A stretch of 32,000 nt of DNA, from the NCBI RefSeq assembly GCF_003324675.1, contig NZ_CP030918.1, positions 180,001 to 212,000 of the forward strand, read 5' to 3'. Of this stretch, positions 18,086-26,421 are shown one piece after another. Origin of the DNA: Paracoccus suum (lineage in GTDB: Bacteria > Pseudomonadota > Alphaproteobacteria > Rhodobacterales > Rhodobacteraceae). Both the position numbers and the translations under genes were made by a program. The notes below the pieces were generated by a model. That model searched no databases. It saw only the letters and a list, made by a program, of their open reading frames with translations, and was not told the origin of the DNA. The number at the start of each line of letters is the position of its first letter. Position 1 is the stretch's first letter.

Positions 18086-18093
18086 GCCGTCGA

Positions 18094-19623
18094 TCACTCG
18101 GTGAACTCGGCCTCCTCGACAACGAACATGCGGTCGGGCTGGATATAGACGCCCGACAGCGCCTTCTGCTTGGCCGAATAGTTCTTGGGCACGGACAGGA
18201 AGATCCAGGGCGCGTCGTCCCAGACGATCTTCTGGGCCTCGGCATAGAACTTGGCGCGGTCCTCGTCCTTGGCGGTGCCGATGGCGCCCTTGATCGCGGC
18301 GTCGGCCTGGTCGTTCTTGTAGTAGGCGACGTTGAAGAGGTTGGGCGGGAAGCTTTCCGAGTAGAGCAGCGGGCGGATGCCCCAGTCGGCATCCCCGGTC
18401 GAGGAGGACCAGCCGGTGTAATACATCTGCACCGTGGCATCCTCGGGCTTTTGAACCGACCAGATCTTTTCGGTGGCAACGCCGGATTCCAGCGGCATGA
18501 CGTTCGCCTTGACCCCGACCTGAGCCAGTTGCTGCTGCAGCACCTGCGCACCACGCTGGACTTCCGTGGACGAGCCGCTCCACAGGTCGGTCTCGAAGCC
18601 GTTCTCGTAGCCGGCCTCCTTCAGCAGTGCCTTGGCCTTTTCCGGGTCATAGGGATAGGGCGTCTGAGCCGCGTGGAAGGACAGCAGCGGCGGAATGATC
18701 GAATCCGCCGGCATGCAGCCCGGGCCGAAGGCGACCTTGCAGAAGGCCTCCTTGTCGATCGCGTAGTTCATCGCCTGGCGCACGCGCTTGTCGTCGAACG
18801 GCTTTTTGGTCGTGTTCATCGTCGTGTAGAATTCAAAGATTGAATCCTCAGTGATGACGTCCAGTTTCGGATTCTTGGCGGCGGCTTCCAGAAGTTCGGG
18901 CGGGAAGGACGGAACAAACTGCGCCTCGCCGGTTTGCAGCATCGCAAAGCGCGCGCCGGATTCGGGCACCGACTTGACGGTCACGCCCTCGACCTTGGGC
19001 AAGCCCTCTTTCCAGTAGTCGTCGTTCTTGGTCACTTCCAGCGTGTCGGCCGACCAGCTGACGAACTTGAAGGGGCCGGTGCCGACCGGGTTGCGATTTA
19101 CCTCCTTGCCGTGCTTTTCAAGCGCCGCGGGAGAGATCATCATCGCGCCCGGGTGCGCCAGCGAGGCGATCATCGCACCGAACGGCTTTTCAAGGATCAG
19201 CTTGACGGTCGTGTCATCGACAACCTGCACGTCGCTGACCATGGACACCAGGCTGCGGCGCGACAGGTTGTTGGCCGGATCGCGCAGGCGGTCGATGTTC
19301 ACCTTGACGGCTTCGGCGTTGAAATCGGTGCCGTCGTGGAACTTGATGCCGGACTTCAGCTTGATCGTGAATTCGGTGGCGTCGTCGTTGGCCTCGTAGC
19401 TCTCGGCCAGCAAAGGGGTGATCTTCATCTTCTGGTCAAAGCTGAACAGGCCCTGGTACATCAGCCGGGTCGAGCTTTGCGACAGGAAGTCGTTGACGTT
19501 GGCCGGATCGAGGCCGGTCAGGTTGGCATAGACCGCGACCGTAACCGGCTTGGCCCAAAGGGCCGAGGGCAGCAGGACCGATGCGGCAAGCGCGGTGGTC
19601 CGCAGGATGGATCTCAGGTTCAT
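18094..19623 (-). CDS. ABC transporter substrate-binding protein, family 5 (peptide/glutathione/nickel type, GsiB/DppA-like)
   Basis: 509 aa. Signal peptide MNLRSILRTTALAASVLLPSALWA. Family-5 style blocks (LDPA..., GTGPFKFVSW). Strong SD (GGGGAGGAAAG on the - strand) just upstream of the ATG. Confidence 0.9.
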   Translation of the reverse strand: MNLRSILRTTALAASVLLPSALWAKPVTVAVYANLTGLDPANVNDFLSQSSTRLMYQGLFSFDQKMKITPLLAESYEANDDATEFTIKLKSGIKFHDGTDFNAEAVKVNIDRLRDPANNLSRRSLVSMVSDVQVVDDTTVKLILEKPFGAMIASLAHPGAMMISPAALEKHGKEVNRNPVGTGPFKFVSWSADTLEVTKNDDYWKEGLPKVEGVTVKSVPESGARFAMLQTGEAQFVPSFPPELLEAAAKNPKLDVITEDSIFEFYTTMNTTKKPFDDKRVRQAMNYAIDKEAFCKVAFGPGCMPADSIIPPLLSFHAAQTPYPYDPEKAKALLKEAGYENGFETDLWSGSSTEVQRGAQVLQQQLAQVGVKANVMPLESGVATEKIWSVQKPEDATVQMYYTGWSSSTGDADWGIRPLLYSESFPPNLFNVAYYKNDQADAAIKGAIGTAKDEDRAKFYAEAQKIVWDDAPWIFLSVPKNYSAKQKALSGVYIQPDRMFVVEEAEFTE

Positions 19624-19649
19624 TTTTCTTTCCTCCCCTTGAAAATCAG

Positions 19650-21521
19650 TCAGTTGAAGTCGCCGATCGGATGCCTGGCGACGAAATGGCCTGGCCCGAC
19701 AGGCACCAGCGGGGCCAGGACAGGCGGGTTATCGAGCGCACGGATCGGACTGGGAATCTCGCCCTCGATCAGCGGGCGCTCGCGGTTGCGCTGCTCTGGA
19801 TCGGCAATCGGCACGGCCGCAAGCAGGCGCCGGGTGTAGGGATGCTGCGGGTTCTCGAAGATCGCGGCGCGCGGGCCGATCTCGACGATCTGGCCAAGGT
19901 ACATGACTGCAACGCGGTGACTGACCCGCTCGACGACGGCCATGTCATGGCTGATGAAGATGTAGCTGAGGCCGCGCTTTTGCTGCAGGTCCATCAGCAG
20001 GTTGACGACCTGCGCCTGGATCGAGACATCAAGCGCCGCGACCGCCTCGTCGGCGATCAGCACTTCGGGATCGCCTGCGAGCGCCCGGGCGATGCAGATC
20101 CGCTGGCGCTGCCCGCCCGAGAACTGGTGCGGATAGCGCGCGGCGTGTTCGGGCTGCAGCCCCACATCGACCAGCAACTCGGCCACCCGGCGCTGCATGT
20201 CCGCGCCCTTGGCAAGGCCGTGGGTAATCAGCGGCTCGGCAATCGAATAGCCGACCCTGATCCTGGGATCGAGCGAGGCCGCCGGGTCCTGAAAGATGTA
20301 CTGGATGCGCTGGCGCATCTTCTGGCGGTCTGCGCCGCGCGTGCTGAAGATGTCGGCGCCATGCAGCAGCACCTGCCCGCTGTCTGGCGGCTGCAACATC
20401 ATGATCGTGCGCCCGGTGGTCGATTTTCCGCAGCCGGATTCCCCGACCAGCGCCAGCGTCTCGCCACGCTTGAGGTCAAAGCTGACATGCTCTGTCGCAT
20501 GGACACGGCCAGTGACGCGGCCGAACAGTCCCTTGCGGATATCAAAGCGGGTGACGAGGTCGCGCACTTGCAGGACCGGGGCCTCGCCCGTCACGGTATC
20601 CTGCGCCGCAGCCTCGACCGGGGCGACATCGGCATCCGCATTCAGCAGCGGAAACCGGCGCGGCAACGGTTGGCCATTCAGCGCGCCGAGCCGGGGGACC
20701 GCCGCAAGCAGGGCCTTGGTATAGGGGTGCCGCGGGGCGTGAAAGACAGCCTCGACCGTCCCTTCCTCGACCTTCTTGCCGTGGCGCATTACCAGCACGC
20801 GGTCTGCCACCTCGGCCACGACGCCCATGTCATGGGTGACGAACATCACGGCCATGCCCATCTCGTCCTGCAAAAGCCGGATCAGCCGCAGGATCTGCGC
20901 CTGGATCGTCACGTCGAGCGCGGTCGTCGGCTCGTCCGCGATAAGCAGGCGCGGCCGGCACGCCAGGGCCATGGCGATCATGACCCGCTGGCGCATCCCG
21001 CCGGACAGTTGGTGCGGGTGCCGATCGAGGATGCCCTTGGCATCGGGGATGCGGACCTTTTCCAGCATCCGCAGCGCCTCGGCCCGCGCCTCGCGCTGGC
21101 CGAGGTTTTCATGCAGCCGCACCACCTCGGCGATCTGCTCGCCGACGGTAAAGACGGGATTCAGCGCGGTCATCGGCTCTTGAAAAATCATCGCGACGTC
21201 GTTGCCGCGGATCTTCTCCATCGCTTGCAGGTCGGTGCGGGTCAGGTCCATCGCCTCGCCCGAGCGGCCGGTCAGCTGGACCGTGCCGCCGGTGATCTTG
21301 CCGCCGCCGAACTCGACCAGCCGCATTACCGCAAGCGAGGTCACCGACTTGCCCGACCCGGATTCCCCGACCACCGCCAGCGCCTCGCCGGGGGCGATGC
21401 TCAGTGACAGATCGTCCACCGCGCGAAACGGCGCGCCTTCGTCAGTCGGGAATTCGACCGTCAGGTTCTGGACCGACAGGACCGGCGAGCTGCAAATGAC
21501 TGCGCTGAAGGGCGCGGTCAT
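19650..21521 (-). CDS. ABC transporter ATP-binding protein with two fused nucleotide-binding domains (GsiA-like)
   Basis: 623 aa with two full sets of motifs: GESGSGKS / LSGGMRQR / [12 protein letters not shown], and GESGCGKST / [15 protein letters not shown] / [11 protein letters not shown]. Its start overlaps the upstream stop (21518-21521). Confidence 0.9.
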   Translation of the reverse strand: MTAPFSAVICSSPVLSVQNLTVEFPTDEGAPFRAVDDLSLSIAPGEALAVVGESGSGKSVTSLAVMRLVEFGGGKITGGTVQLTGRSGEAMDLTRTDLQAMEKIRGNDVAMIFQEPMTALNPVFTVGEQIAEVVRLHENLGQREARAEALRMLEKVRIPDAKGILDRHPHQLSGGMRQRVMIAMALACRPRLLIADEPTTALDVTIQAQILRLIRLLQDEMGMAVMFVTHDMGVVAEVADRVLVMRHGKKVEEGTVEAVFHAPRHPYTKALLAAVPRLGALNGQPLPRRFPLLNADADVAPVEAAAQDTVTGEAPVLQVRDLVTRFDIRKGLFGRVTGRVHATEHVSFDLKRGETLALVGESGCGKSTTGRTIMMLQPPDSGQVLLHGADIFSTRGADRQKMRQRIQYIFQDPAASLDPRIRVGYSIAEPLITHGLAKGADMQRRVAELLVDVGLQPEHAARYPHQFSGGQRQRICIARALAGDPEVLIADEAVAALDVSIQAQVVNLLMDLQQKRGLSYIFISHDMAVVERVSHRVAVMYLGQIVEIGPRAAIFENPQHPYTRRLLAAVPIADPEQRNRERPLIEGEIPSPIRALDNPPVLAPLVPVGPGHFVARHPIGDFN

Positions 21522-22606
21522 GCGGGATCGCCCGGCACAGCGAAGGAGCCGCGATAATTGCCGATGACGACGCTGCCGCCGGTATGAATGAAGATCGCGT
21601 TCCGCATGCCATCGAAACGGCCCGCGCGCGCCGCACCGATCAGGCCGGACATGGCCTTGCCGGTGTAGACCGGGTCCAGCACCAGCGCCTCCAGCCGCGC
21701 GGCCATGCCGACGGCCTCGACCATCGCGTCGGTCGGCAGGCCGTAGCCCGGCCCGACGTAGCCGTCGTCGGCCTCGATGCGCGCACGGTCGAGCGGGCCG
21801 AGGTCCAGTTCAGCCATGGTCTGTGCCGTCATCTGCGCAACCAGTTCCTCCAGCGGTGCGCGCTCCGGTCCCACGCTGACGCCGATGACCTGCGTTTTTA
21901 GGCCCAGCCCGACGAGACCCGCGACGAGGCCTGCCTGTGTGCCGGCACTCCCCGCACCGACAATGACCGCATCAGGCTCGAACCCCTGCGCCGCCGATTG
22001 TTCGGCCAACTCCAGCGCGCATTCGACGTAGCCGCGGCTGCCGACCGGGTTAGAGCCGCCGCCGGGGATGATGTAGGGCCGCTTGCCGGCCGCCCGCAAC
22101 TCCGCCGCGATTCGCTCCATCTCAGCCACGGGGTCGGCGTCCGCGGGATAGCGCCGGATGGTCGCGCCCAGCAGGTGATCCAGCAGCACGTTGCCGCCGA
22201 ACTGGTAGGCCGCGTCCTGGATCGGCACCTTGTCCAGCAGGACGAGAACGCAGTCCAAGCCTGCCTTGGCCGCCGCCGCAGCGGTCTGGCGAGCGTGGTT
22301 CGACTGGACGGCGCCCGTGGTGATCAACGTGTCCGCATCTACTGCCAGCGCTTCGCCGACCAGATATTCCAGCTTGCGCGTCTTGTTCCCGCCGGTGGCG
22401 AGGCCGGTGCAATCATCCCGCTTGACCCACAGTTTCGGCCCACCCAGCGCCGCCTCGAGACGCTCCATCCGTTCCAGCGGCGTTGGCCCATGGGACAGGG
22501 CCAGCCGGGGACAGCGGTCCAGCGCCTCGCGGATGCGGGACGCGGGACCGTCCCAGGTGCGCGCGTCGGGTTTGCGGGCCGTTTGCAGTTGCAGGTCATT
22601 GGTCAT
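21518..22606 (-). CDS. PLP-dependent D-cysteine desulfhydrase / ACC-deaminase-family enzyme (DcyD-like), paralog 2
   Basis: ATG 22606 chosen because the ATG at 22693 would overlap the upstream paralog by 59 nt. Blocks [21 protein letters not shown] (PLP lysine), [42 protein letters not shown] rather than YEGK argues for a desulfhydrase-type enzyme rather than a true ACC deaminase. Confidence 0.8.
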   Translation of the reverse strand: MTNDLQLQTARKPDARTWDGPASRIREALDRCPRLALSHGPTPLERMERLEAALGGPKLWVKRDDCTGLATGGNKTRKLEYLVGEALAVDADTLITTGAVQSNHARQTAAAAAKAGLDCVLVLLDKVPIQDAAYQFGGNVLLDHLLGATIRRYPADADPVAEMERIAAELRAAGKRPYIIPGGGSNPVGSRGYVECALELAEQSAAQGFEPDAVIVGAGSAGTQAGLVAGLVGLGLKTQVIGVSVGPERAPLEELVAQMTAQTMAELDLGPLDRARIEADDGYVGPGYGLPTDAMVEAVGMAARLEALVLDPVYTGKAMSGLIGAARAGRFDGMRNAIFIHTGGSVVIGNYRGSFAVPGDPA

Positions 22607-22634
22607 GGAATCACTCGCGGGTTCGGAAAGCGGA

Positions 22635-23669
22635 TCAGCTATGGGCGACGGTGCTGTCGAAGTCGGGCTGCACGTGAGTGAAGGCGTCGACATAGCCGAA
22701 GAGGCCCACTGCGCCGCCAGTGTGCAGGAACACCACGTTCTCGCCCTTCTTGAAATGTCCCTTGCGGCACAGGTCGATCAGGCCAGCCATGCCCTTGCCC
22801 GAATAGACCGGGTCCAGCAACACGCCCTCGGTCCGGGCCAGCATCGCCACTGCCTCGACCATGCCGTCGGTCGGGATGCCGTAGCCCTGCCCGACATAAT
22901 CGCAATTCGCGCGCACGGATTCGCGCGCAATGGCGCCGGGGATGCCCAGCAGATCGGCGGTGGCGGCCGCCAGTTTGTAGACATTCTCTTCCTGCTTTTC
23001 CTTCGGCGCCCGGACGCCGATCCCGAGGACGGGAATCCCGCTGCGCATCCCTTCGAGGCCGGCGACAAGTCCCGCCTGGGTGCCGGCGCTGCCGGTGGCA
23101 TGGACCAGGTGGTCGATGCGCAGGCCCATCTCGTGCGCCTGCGCCACCAACTCGATCGCGCAGTTGACATAGCCCAGTGCGCCGACCGGGTTCGAGCCGC
23201 CTCCGGGGATGACGTAGGGCTTGGCCCCTTTGCCGCGCAGTTCTTCGGCAACTTCCTCCATCGCGGCGGCCATATCGGTGCCGCCCGGATAGGTGCGCGT
23301 CGGCGCTCCGAGGATATGATCCAGCAGCACGTTGCCCGAGCCGGTATAGGCGGCGTCGGTGTAGCCCGTCCGGTCCTCCAGCAGGATGACGCAGGCAAGG
23401 CCGACCTTGGCGGCGGCCGCGGCCGTCTGACGGGCGTGGTTGGACTGGGTCGCGCCCTGGGTGATCACCGTGTCGGCGCCCTGCTCCAGCGCGTCGGCGA
23501 TCAGAAACTCCAGCTTGCGGGTCTTGTTGCCCCCCGTCGCCAGGCCCGTGCAGTCGTCCCGTTTGATCCAAAGATCCGGGCCGCCCAACTCGGCGCTGAG
23601 CCGCGGCATCGGTTCAAGGGGCGTGTTCGAATGGCCGATGCGCACGCGCGGAAAGCGGGACAGATGCAT
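22635..23669 (-). CDS. PLP-dependent D-cysteine desulfhydrase / ACC-deaminase-family enzyme (DcyD/CuyA-like), paralog 1
   Basis: 344 aa. Blocks [59 protein letters not shown]. The start is 3 nt after the racemase stop. Confidence 0.85.
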   Translation of the reverse strand: MHLSRFPRVRIGHSNTPLEPMPRLSAELGGPDLWIKRDDCTGLATGGNKTRKLEFLIADALEQGADTVITQGATQSNHARQTAAAAAKVGLACVILLEDRTGYTDAAYTGSGNVLLDHILGAPTRTYPGGTDMAAAMEEVAEELRGKGAKPYVIPGGGSNPVGALGYVNCAIELVAQAHEMGLRIDHLVHATGSAGTQAGLVAGLEGMRSGIPVLGIGVRAPKEKQEENVYKLAAATADLLGIPGAIARESVRANCDYVGQGYGIPTDGMVEAVAMLARTEGVLLDPVYSGKGMAGLIDLCRKGHFKKGENVVFLHTGGAVGLFGYVDAFTHVQPDFDSTVAHS

Positions 23670-23672
23670 TGC

Positions 23673-24452
23673 TCAGACCTTTGCATTGTTGCGGATGGGG
23701 GCCAGCGGCTTGGGCAACGGCTCAATGCCGCGAGCGTAGCGCACGCAGCGCCGCGCAAGATGGTCGGTGCTGTCGAGCAGCGGAACCTCGATATCGTCCT
23801 GGCTCAGCACCAAAGGGACCTCGGTGCAGCCGGCGATGATAGCACCGGCCCCGCGACGGATCAGGCTGCGGCCAAGTTCGGCCATGCCGGCGCGCACACG
23901 GCCCGACAGGTCGCCCAGCTTGATCTCGTGCAGCAGTTCCATGAAGCGTGCCTGGGCCTCCGGCTCCAGTACGATCGCCTTGATGCCCACACCATCGAGT
24001 GCGGTCTGGTAAAGGGCGGCGTCGACGCAGCCTTGCGTGGCCAGGATTCCGACCGCACCGCGAGCGGTCGCCGCGGCGTGGGCCACCGTCTCGTCCACCA
24101 TGCTGACAAATGGAATGGTGATCGCCGCCTTGATCTCCGGCGCGAAGGCATGGGCGGTGTTGCATGCCATGATCAGAAAATCCGCCCCGGCCACCTGCAG
24201 GCCCCGCGCCATGGCCGCCAGCTCCGGGCCGGGATCGCCCAGTTCGGGAGTCTCGCCCCGCGCTTGGGCACTGATCGCCTGGTTGCGTTCGGGTACCTTG
24301 GGATTGCTGTCCAGAATGACGCGGATGTGGTCCTGCTCACAGGTGACAGGTGTGGCCGCGATCAGCTTGGACAGGAAATCGAGGCTGGCCGTCGGCCCCA
24401 TGCCGCCGATAACGCCCAGCGTCAGATGTTTGCCGAGGGAAGCTTTTTCCAT
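23673..24452 (-). CDS. Aspartate/glutamate/hydantoin racemase family protein (RacX-like amino-acid racemase)
   Basis: 259 aa. N-terminal GVIGGMGPTAS block and two catalytic-Cys blocks, MACNTAH and AGCTEVP, typical of PLP-independent Asp/Glu racemases. First gene of the - strand operon. Confidence 0.85.
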   Translation of the reverse strand: MEKASLGKHLTLGVIGGMGPTASLDFLSKLIAATPVTCEQDHIRVILDSNPKVPERNQAISAQARGETPELGDPGPELAAMARGLQVAGADFLIMACNTAHAFAPEIKAAITIPFVSMVDETVAHAAATARGAVGILATQGCVDAALYQTALDGVGIKAIVLEPEAQARFMELLHEIKLGDLSGRVRAGMAELGRSLIRRGAGAIIAGCTEVPLVLSQDDIEVPLLDSTDHLARRCVRYARGIEPLPKPLAPIRNNAKV

Positions 24453-24498
24453 CGGCGCAAACTATGGGCGATGGCGCCGCGCCGTCCAATGCCGCTTT

Positions 24499-24527
24499 TT
24501 GACAAAACTATTCCGTTTCCGCATAAC
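24499..24527 (+). promoter_or_regulatory. Candidate sigma70-type promoter of the LysR gene
   Basis: Consensus -35 TTGACA (24499-24504), exact 17-nt spacer, -10 CATAAC (24522-24527). This is followed by AAAAAGGGG and the ATG at 24548. Confidence 0.4.
24509..24525. promoter_or_regulatory. Candidate LysR-type T-N11-A box (TAT-N11-ATA)
   Basis: TATTCCGTTTCCGCATA read directly from the sequence. It sits in the 95-bp divergent region between the LysR gene and the racemase operon and overlaps the spacer and -10 of the candidate LysR promoter. Confidence 0.35.
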
Positions 24528-24547
24528 GCGCGAAAAAGGGGCGCGCC

Positions 24548-25471
24548 ATGGAATTGAACTGGCTGGAAGATTTCGTCGCGGTCGCCCGGGCCCGTAACTT
24601 CTCTGCTGCCGCGCGGCTGCGCCATGTGACTCAGCCTGCCCTCAGCAGGCGGGTGCGCGCGCTCGAGGAATGGTACGGTCAGACGCTGTTCGATCGCAGC
24701 AGCTATCCGGTCTCGCTGACAGATCCCGGGACCGCCTTCCTGCCGGTCGCCGAACAGGTGGTCGCCGACCTTTATCGCAGCCGGCGGGCAGCGCGGGCGC
24801 GTGGGCAGGCGGACGGGGTGGCGCGCTTTGCCATGCCGCATTCGCTGGCCGCCGGCTTTTTCCCCTTGTGGTGGCGCGGCTGCGCAGCGGCGGAGAAGGC
24901 GATCCCTTCTGTGGTCGCGGCCGACCTCGACGAATGCGTCGCGATGCTGATGAACGGCGCCTGCCAGTTCCTGATCTGCTACCAACATGCCGCCGAGGCG
25001 AGCGATCTGGACGGGCAGGCCATCAGTTCGACCGTGATCGGCGAGGATCGCTTCATCCCGGTCCATGCGCCCGGGCTGGACTGGATCGCCGCGCCGCCGG
25101 GGCCGGGGGGCCAGCCTGTCCCGCTGCTGGGCTATCACAAGCATTCGTTCCTGGGCCGCCTGTCCGAGGCCCTCGTCGCCAAGTTGGAACAGCAACGGCC
25201 GGTGCGGCTGGTCTATCAGACGGCGCTGGTCGATTCGCTGCGGACCGAAACGCTGCTGGGCGGCGGCCTGGCGTGGCTGCCAGAACGAGTCGTGGCCGAG
25301 GATATCGCCTCGGGCCGGCTGTGCCGGCTGGCGAATGACGATCTGGCGGCCCCGCTGACCATCCTTCTCTGCCAGCCCGAAGGGGCGCCCGTGCCGTTCC
25401 AGAAAGCATCGGGAGTGCCGGCAGTCAGTCCAAACCCTCGCCGTCCGCGTAAGCGCGGACCATCTCCATGA
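24548..25471 (+). CDS. LysR-family transcriptional regulator
   Basis: N-terminal wHTH block LEDFVAVARARNFSAAARLRHVTQPALSRRVRALEEWYG, 307 aa. Divergent from the racemase operon. Confidence 0.9.
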   Translation: MELNWLEDFVAVARARNFSAAARLRHVTQPALSRRVRALEEWYGQTLFDRSSYPVSLTDPGTAFLPVAEQVVADLYRSRRAARARGQADGVARFAMPHSLAAGFFPLWWRGCAAAEKAIPSVVAADLDECVAMLMNGACQFLICYQHAAEASDLDGQAISSTVIGEDRFIPVHAPGLDWIAAPPGPGGQPVPLLGYHKHSFLGRLSEALVAKLEQQRPVRLVYQTALVDSLRTETLLGGGLAWLPERVVAEDIASGRLCRLANDDLAAPLTILLCQPEGAPVPFQKASGVPAVSPNPRRPRKRGPSP

Positions 25472-26327
25472 ACGCGCGCGCCGTTGGCCCCGGCGCTCGG
25501 TCCTTGTGCCGCAATAAAGTGAACCAACGCGGGGCAAAATCATGGCCGGCGGCGATGATCAGCCCCTGCGCCAGGTAGGCTGCAGCCGCGCGCTCGGAAA
25601 TCGCTGTCGCTGCGTGACCCGTCTCGACGGCTGCGATGCAGGCCTCGTTCGACGGCAACTCCAGTGTCACCGCCAGTTGCGCGCTGTCGATCCCCTCGGC
25701 AGCCAGCGCCGCATCAAAGGCGGCGCGCGTGCCCGACCCGGCTTCGCGCAGCACCCATGACGCGGCCTGGAGGTCCGGCTTCCGCAACCGCCGACCATCG
25801 GCCCAAGGGTGGCGCGGCCCGACCAGCACCGCCAGCCGGTCCGAAATCAACGGTGTGACTTCGATCTCGGGCCGCAGCACCAGCCCTTCGACTACCCCGA
25901 GGTCGGCCTCGCCATCCGCGACCGCCTGCGCAACCGAGGCCGTGTTGCCATCGGCAAAGCCCAGCAAGACATCGGGATAGCGCGAGCGATAGGCGACGAG
26001 CACCGGCGGCAGGAAATAGCTGGCGACGGTCTGGCTGGCCTGCACCCGCAAGGGTCCGGCGATCCGCCCGCTGCTGTCGTTCAGCGCCGCCTCCGCCTCG
26101 GCCATCTGACGCAGGATCTGGCGGGCATGGTCGATCAGGACGGTACCTGCGGGGGTGATCTCGATCCGGCGGCCGACGCGGTGGAACAGCGCAACGCCGT
26201 GGCGCGCCTCGAGCGCCATGATCGCTGCGCTGACCGCAGATTGCGTCAGGCCCAGAACCTCGGCGGCGCGGGTGACGTGGCTGAGGCGCGCGACCTCCAG
26301 AAAAATGCGCAACTGCTCGATGGTCAT
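25425..26327 (-). CDS. LysR-family transcriptional regulator (YeiE/CbbR-like)
   Basis: N-terminal block LRIFLEVARLSHVTRAAEVLGLTQSAVSAAIMALEARHG, WVLREAGSGTR block, 300 aa. Divergent from a YeiH-family gene, as in E. coli yeiE-yeiH. Confidence 0.9.
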   Translation of the reverse strand: MTIEQLRIFLEVARLSHVTRAAEVLGLTQSAVSAAIMALEARHGVALFHRVGRRIEITPAGTVLIDHARQILRQMAEAEAALNDSSGRIAGPLRVQASQTVASYFLPPVLVAYRSRYPDVLLGFADGNTASVAQAVADGEADLGVVEGLVLRPEIEVTPLISDRLAVLVGPRHPWADGRRLRKPDLQAASWVLREAGSGTRAAFDAALAAEGIDSAQLAVTLELPSNEACIAAVETGHAATAISERAAAAYLAQGLIIAAGHDFAPRWFTLLRHKDRAPGPTARAFMEMVRAYADGEGLD

Positions 26328-26339
26328 TCAATCGTTAAT

Positions 26340-26368
26340 AACGAACGGTTTGTGAAATGCAATTCGTT
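26340..26368. promoter_or_regulatory. Inverted repeat AACGAA-N17-TTCGTT, plus the adjacent 11-bp palindrome CGTTAATAACG at 26333-26343, in the divergent LysR/YeiH region
   Basis: Read directly from the sequence. This is the AT-richest stretch of the 70-94 bp intergenic region, so it is a candidate LysR binding site. Confidence 0.3.
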
Positions 26369-26421
26369 GGACCGATCGGTGGCTGCCGCGATAGCGGATG
26401 GCTGTCGAAAGGATTTTCCAA

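Noticed and set aside
21518-23669. Calling the two PLP enzymes ACC (1-aminocyclopropane-1-carboxylate) deaminases.
   Set aside because: Both have YTGK or YSGK where genuine ACC deaminases carry YEGK. The operon context (racemase, peptide importer, C-S lyase) fits desulfhydrase or sulfo-lyase chemistry better. A proper alignment is still needed.
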